From Haliotis rufescens (lineage: Eukaryota): DNA of 64,000 nt. A program made the position numbers and the translations under genes. Positions within the stretch are counted from its first letter, which is position 1, and each line of letters begins with the position of its first letter. Shown here piece after piece: positions 63,601 through 64,000 of the stretch. The stretch spans positions 43,338,001 to 43,402,000 of the forward strand of contig NW_025964001.1 in assembly GCF_023055435.1 (NCBI RefSeq), read 5' to 3'. The notes under the pieces were generated by a model. It worked only from the letters and a program-made list of their open reading frames with translations. It did not search any database and had not been told where the DNA came from.

Positions 63601-63769
63601 CGACCCAATTTACAGTAAATTATTGGGGTTTTATTTACATAGATATAGTGCAAAATCGTCTGTGATGTGGTTATGTCCCAATGGTATATAGTTGTAATGT
63701 TTCAGAGTGATGGCGATCCTCATACAAAAACAGAGGAAATCAACAGCGCAACAGATCAATGTAAACTAG
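60657..63769 (+). CDS. SLC46-family MFS transporter, gene 6 (complete, 473 aa)
   Basis: Exons 60657-61773, 62445-62528, 62921-63077, 63706-63769; GT-AG introns; motifs GSYSDIIGRK, LPFCWSPEKMG, AIFASLAVV. Confidence 0.88.
61780..61927 (-). mobile_element. tRNA-derived SINE inserted at the exon-1 donor of gene 6
   Basis: Same family as 6049-6210, with a short internal deletion. TSD TGGATGTAAGT at 61769-61779 and 61928-61938. Confidence 0.9.
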
Positions 63770-64000
63770 AGCGGTGTGGATATTGGCAAGAACGAATTTC
63801 TCCTAGAAGAAACGATGAACCGCATAGCATTGTAGCTCACGTGCTATGTGGCCAACAGTTGTCAACATTGAAATACAAATATTTTCTTCATATTTATTGA
63901 GGACAAATGTTGGATTACCTGCATCATTACAAGCAACCCAATCACCAACCATTCCTCAGTGCACAACCAGCTCACAACATCGATGTTTATTTTAATGAGA

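Overview
AT-rich, intron-containing animal DNA. The SINE families look like those I recall from gastropod (abalone-type) genomes; that assignment is inference. The window holds a tandem cluster of six SLC46-family MFS transporter genes (PCFT/SLC46A3-like): five on the minus strand and one on the plus strand, head-to-head with the fifth. All share one four-exon coding structure: a ~1.12-1.14 kb exon, an 84 nt exon, a 157 nt exon and a variable last exon, with intron phases 1,1,2. Gene 1 runs off the left edge. Between and inside the genes are a full-length two-ORF non-LTR retrotransposon; a truncated copy of it with a ~55 bp target duplication and a nested TTAA DNA transposon; L1/Tx1, CR1-like, Tc1 and BEL/Pao-like relics; several SINEs; six tandem-repeat arrays; and a 311 nt assembly gap. 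The most unusual observations are four. (1) Intron 2 of gene 4 is almost entirely ~55-60 tandem copies of its own intron/exon-3 splice junction. (2) The same junction was independently duplicated in gene 6. (3) Near-identical paralogues differ mainly in predicted cavity-lining helices. (4) A covarying pseudoknot-like RNA motif heads a tRNA-less retroposon family.
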